Assembly (NCBI RefSeq): GCF_004010195.1 | Contig: NC_057750.1 | Location: 9,496,062-9,560,061, forward strand | Length of the DNA stretch: 64,000 nucleotides | Reading direction: 5' to 3' | Source: Chiloscyllium plagiosum | Taxonomy: Eukaryota | Shown: positions 62,120 through 64,000 of the stretch, piece after piece | Position numbering within the stretch: position 1 is the stretch's first letter | Layout of the letters: every line of letters starts with the position of its first letter | Made by a program: the position numbers and the translations under genes | Notes under the pieces: generated by a model | What the model saw: only the letters and a program-made list of their open reading frames with translations | The model's database searches: none | What the model was told of the DNA's origin: nothing

Positions 62120-62655
62120 TTTGTGGTGCACTCAAGGATTGACGTTTCCATGGCGGAATACTTTTCACATCATGTCGTACATTCCCTTTCCCATCTCAAT
62201 TACTTGCTTGATTTTCCTCCGAGCCATTCGCCATTTCCTCTGCCGTCCTCTCATTCGCTCAGGGACTGGACCATCCCAACATACTCCGAGCCATCTCCCG
62301 CCCTCCTGAAACTTGAATGGCGTCGAATATTCCGCTGCCCGAGCGCCAACTCGAACTGAGCCTCGCTCATCCAATGACACCCCCCCTCCCCCACCCCCCC
62401 ACCCTCACCACTCGCGCCGGCTCCCGGTCACACACGTGCATTGATTCCCCAACTGAATTGAATTGTCACAATTCTCATCGGTGTTGTCAAACCGGGCAGT
62501 AGCTTCACCTCTCCAATTCTCTCTAACTTCCTCCAGCCTCACATCCCTCCTAGATCTCTGCGCTCCTCCAGTTCCAGCCTCTTGGTTAGGTGCAATCGCC
62601 ATCACTTCACCAACAGCGGCTAAACTTTCAGCCTCCTGGGCCCTAAGCATCTAAC
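62120..62655 (+). mobile_element. Possible old L2-clade LINE relic
   Basis: Degenerate 3' ORF2-like sequence (tctctgcgctcctcc...ttcagcctcctgggccctaag); similar relics at 31050-31250 and 31660-31830. Confidence 0.4.
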
Positions 62656-63117
62656 CCTTGATGCTAGCTGCTCTGGAGTCACTCACACGTCAGTTGGCGT
62701 GATCTCACATTGACGTCCTCTTTTCCGAAGTGACTACTGCATAGTGACCTTGGAGGTCCAAGCCCCGACAAATTAAATTACTGGGACCATTACAGTCAAT
62801 GAATCCTAGGTGTCTGAATGCAACATCTGGCAGGCAACTGTATTCAGCTGGAGTGCAGAGAGGGTCAGTGTAATCAGTCTTTATTGCGTTAGGAATGTGG
62901 GCTTTGTAACAATACAGACAATTGCTGGAATCCTTGTGCACCTGCCAAGAGTGAGCTAATCATGCAATCAAGCCTTCAAAGGTTTATTAAAGTTTAAATT
63001 AGTCCGCACAATCCTGGCCAACATCTGCAAAATGTAAGATGTGGTCACGGAAGATAAAAGCTTGATGTTTTCTGACAGTCTGTGGGTCAGTGGCTGAACC
63101 TCCAGTCTCCTGAGGAG

Positions 63118-63612
63118 TCGGGTGTTCGAGGAAGACAACATCAGATCCAAGACGAAGCTGATGGTCTACAGAGCTGTGCTGGTTCCCGCCCTCCTGTATG
63201 GCTCTGAGGCGTGGTTGGTCGACAGCCGGGACCTCCAGGCACTGGGACTCTCCTCCCAATGCTACCCACGCAAGACCCTGCAAATCCGCTGGGAAGACAG
63301 ACACACCAACACCAGCCTCCATGATCAGGCCCAGCATCGAGGCACTGACCCCCACCCCCCCCCCGACCCTCCACCTCGATCAGCTGCAATGGGCTGGGCA
63401 CACCGTCCCCATGACCGACATGAGACTCCCCCAGTGGGTGCTCTACTCCCAGCTCCCAAACGACAGGCCAGCCCCAGGTGGGACAGAGGGAGCACCTCAG
63501 GGATACCCTCAAGGCCTCACTGGGCCGAGTGCGGCCTTCCCACAGACACCTGGGAATCACTGGGCCAAGATCGTCCACAGTGGAGGAGGGGCATCCGGGA
63601 ACAGAGCCTGCG
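63118..63612 (+). mobile_element. RTE-clade LINE ORF C-terminal relic
   Basis: TKLMVYRAVLVPALLYGSEAW, then frameshifted QLQWAGH...RLPQWVLY. Confidence 0.85.
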
Positions 63613-63796
63613 GTAGGCCCGTCGGTCTGTACAGCCACCTGCAGACTCAGAGTGGGAGAGAGTCATCCCCACCTGCAAGAGACCACCGATGGTGGTGATG
63701 GTGGTCTAAGCCGCTAGTTCCGGGTCCAAGTCCCACTTTATTGGCCTGAGCATTCGTGATGGGGGAGTGCTGTGCTGTCTGTTATCATAGAGTAAT

Positions 63797-64000
63797 CAGA
63801 GAATCCCTAGTGTGGAAACTGGCCCTTCGACCCCACAAGTCCACACTGACCCCTCCGAAGAGTAACCCACCCAGACCCATTCCCTGAACCTATTACTCTA
63901 CATTTACCCCTCACTAATGCACCTAACCTCCAAATCCTTGAACACCATGGGCAAGTTAGCACGGCCAATTCACCAAACCTGCACATCTTTGGATTGTGGG
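63797..64000 (-). mobile_element. HE1 SINE 3' part, cut by window edge
   Basis: Tail and internal unit. Confidence 0.9.

Overview
Repeat-dominated, gapped (six N-runs) vertebrate scaffold. Abundant HE1/V-SINE copies and HER1/CR1 LINE fragments point to a cartilaginous fish, probably a shark (inference). I recognise no intact host protein-coding gene. The long ORFs in the track come from tandem repeats, N-gaps or retroelement relics. Contents: about 20 HE1 SINEs, four of them with an internally amplified 51-53 bp unit; many CR1 fragments; a 5'-truncated Penelope element (RT end plus GIY-YIG) with an 11-bp TSD; Rex1/Babar, RTE and L2 relics; two probable solo LTRs; a Tigger-like MITE; and several mini- and microsatellites. 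Two signals stand out. (1) Over a dozen short Penelope-type elements, often fold-back and with 10-16 bp TSDs, carry minimal type I hammerhead ribozyme motifs from at least four sequence families, several with intact cores. (2) An ~8 kb array of a 24-bp unit lies inside a single retroposon-like insertion that cleanly splits an older SINE, an SVA-like VNTR-bearing architecture. A few unique-sequence islands hold candidate exons and enhancer-like motifs, all low confidence.
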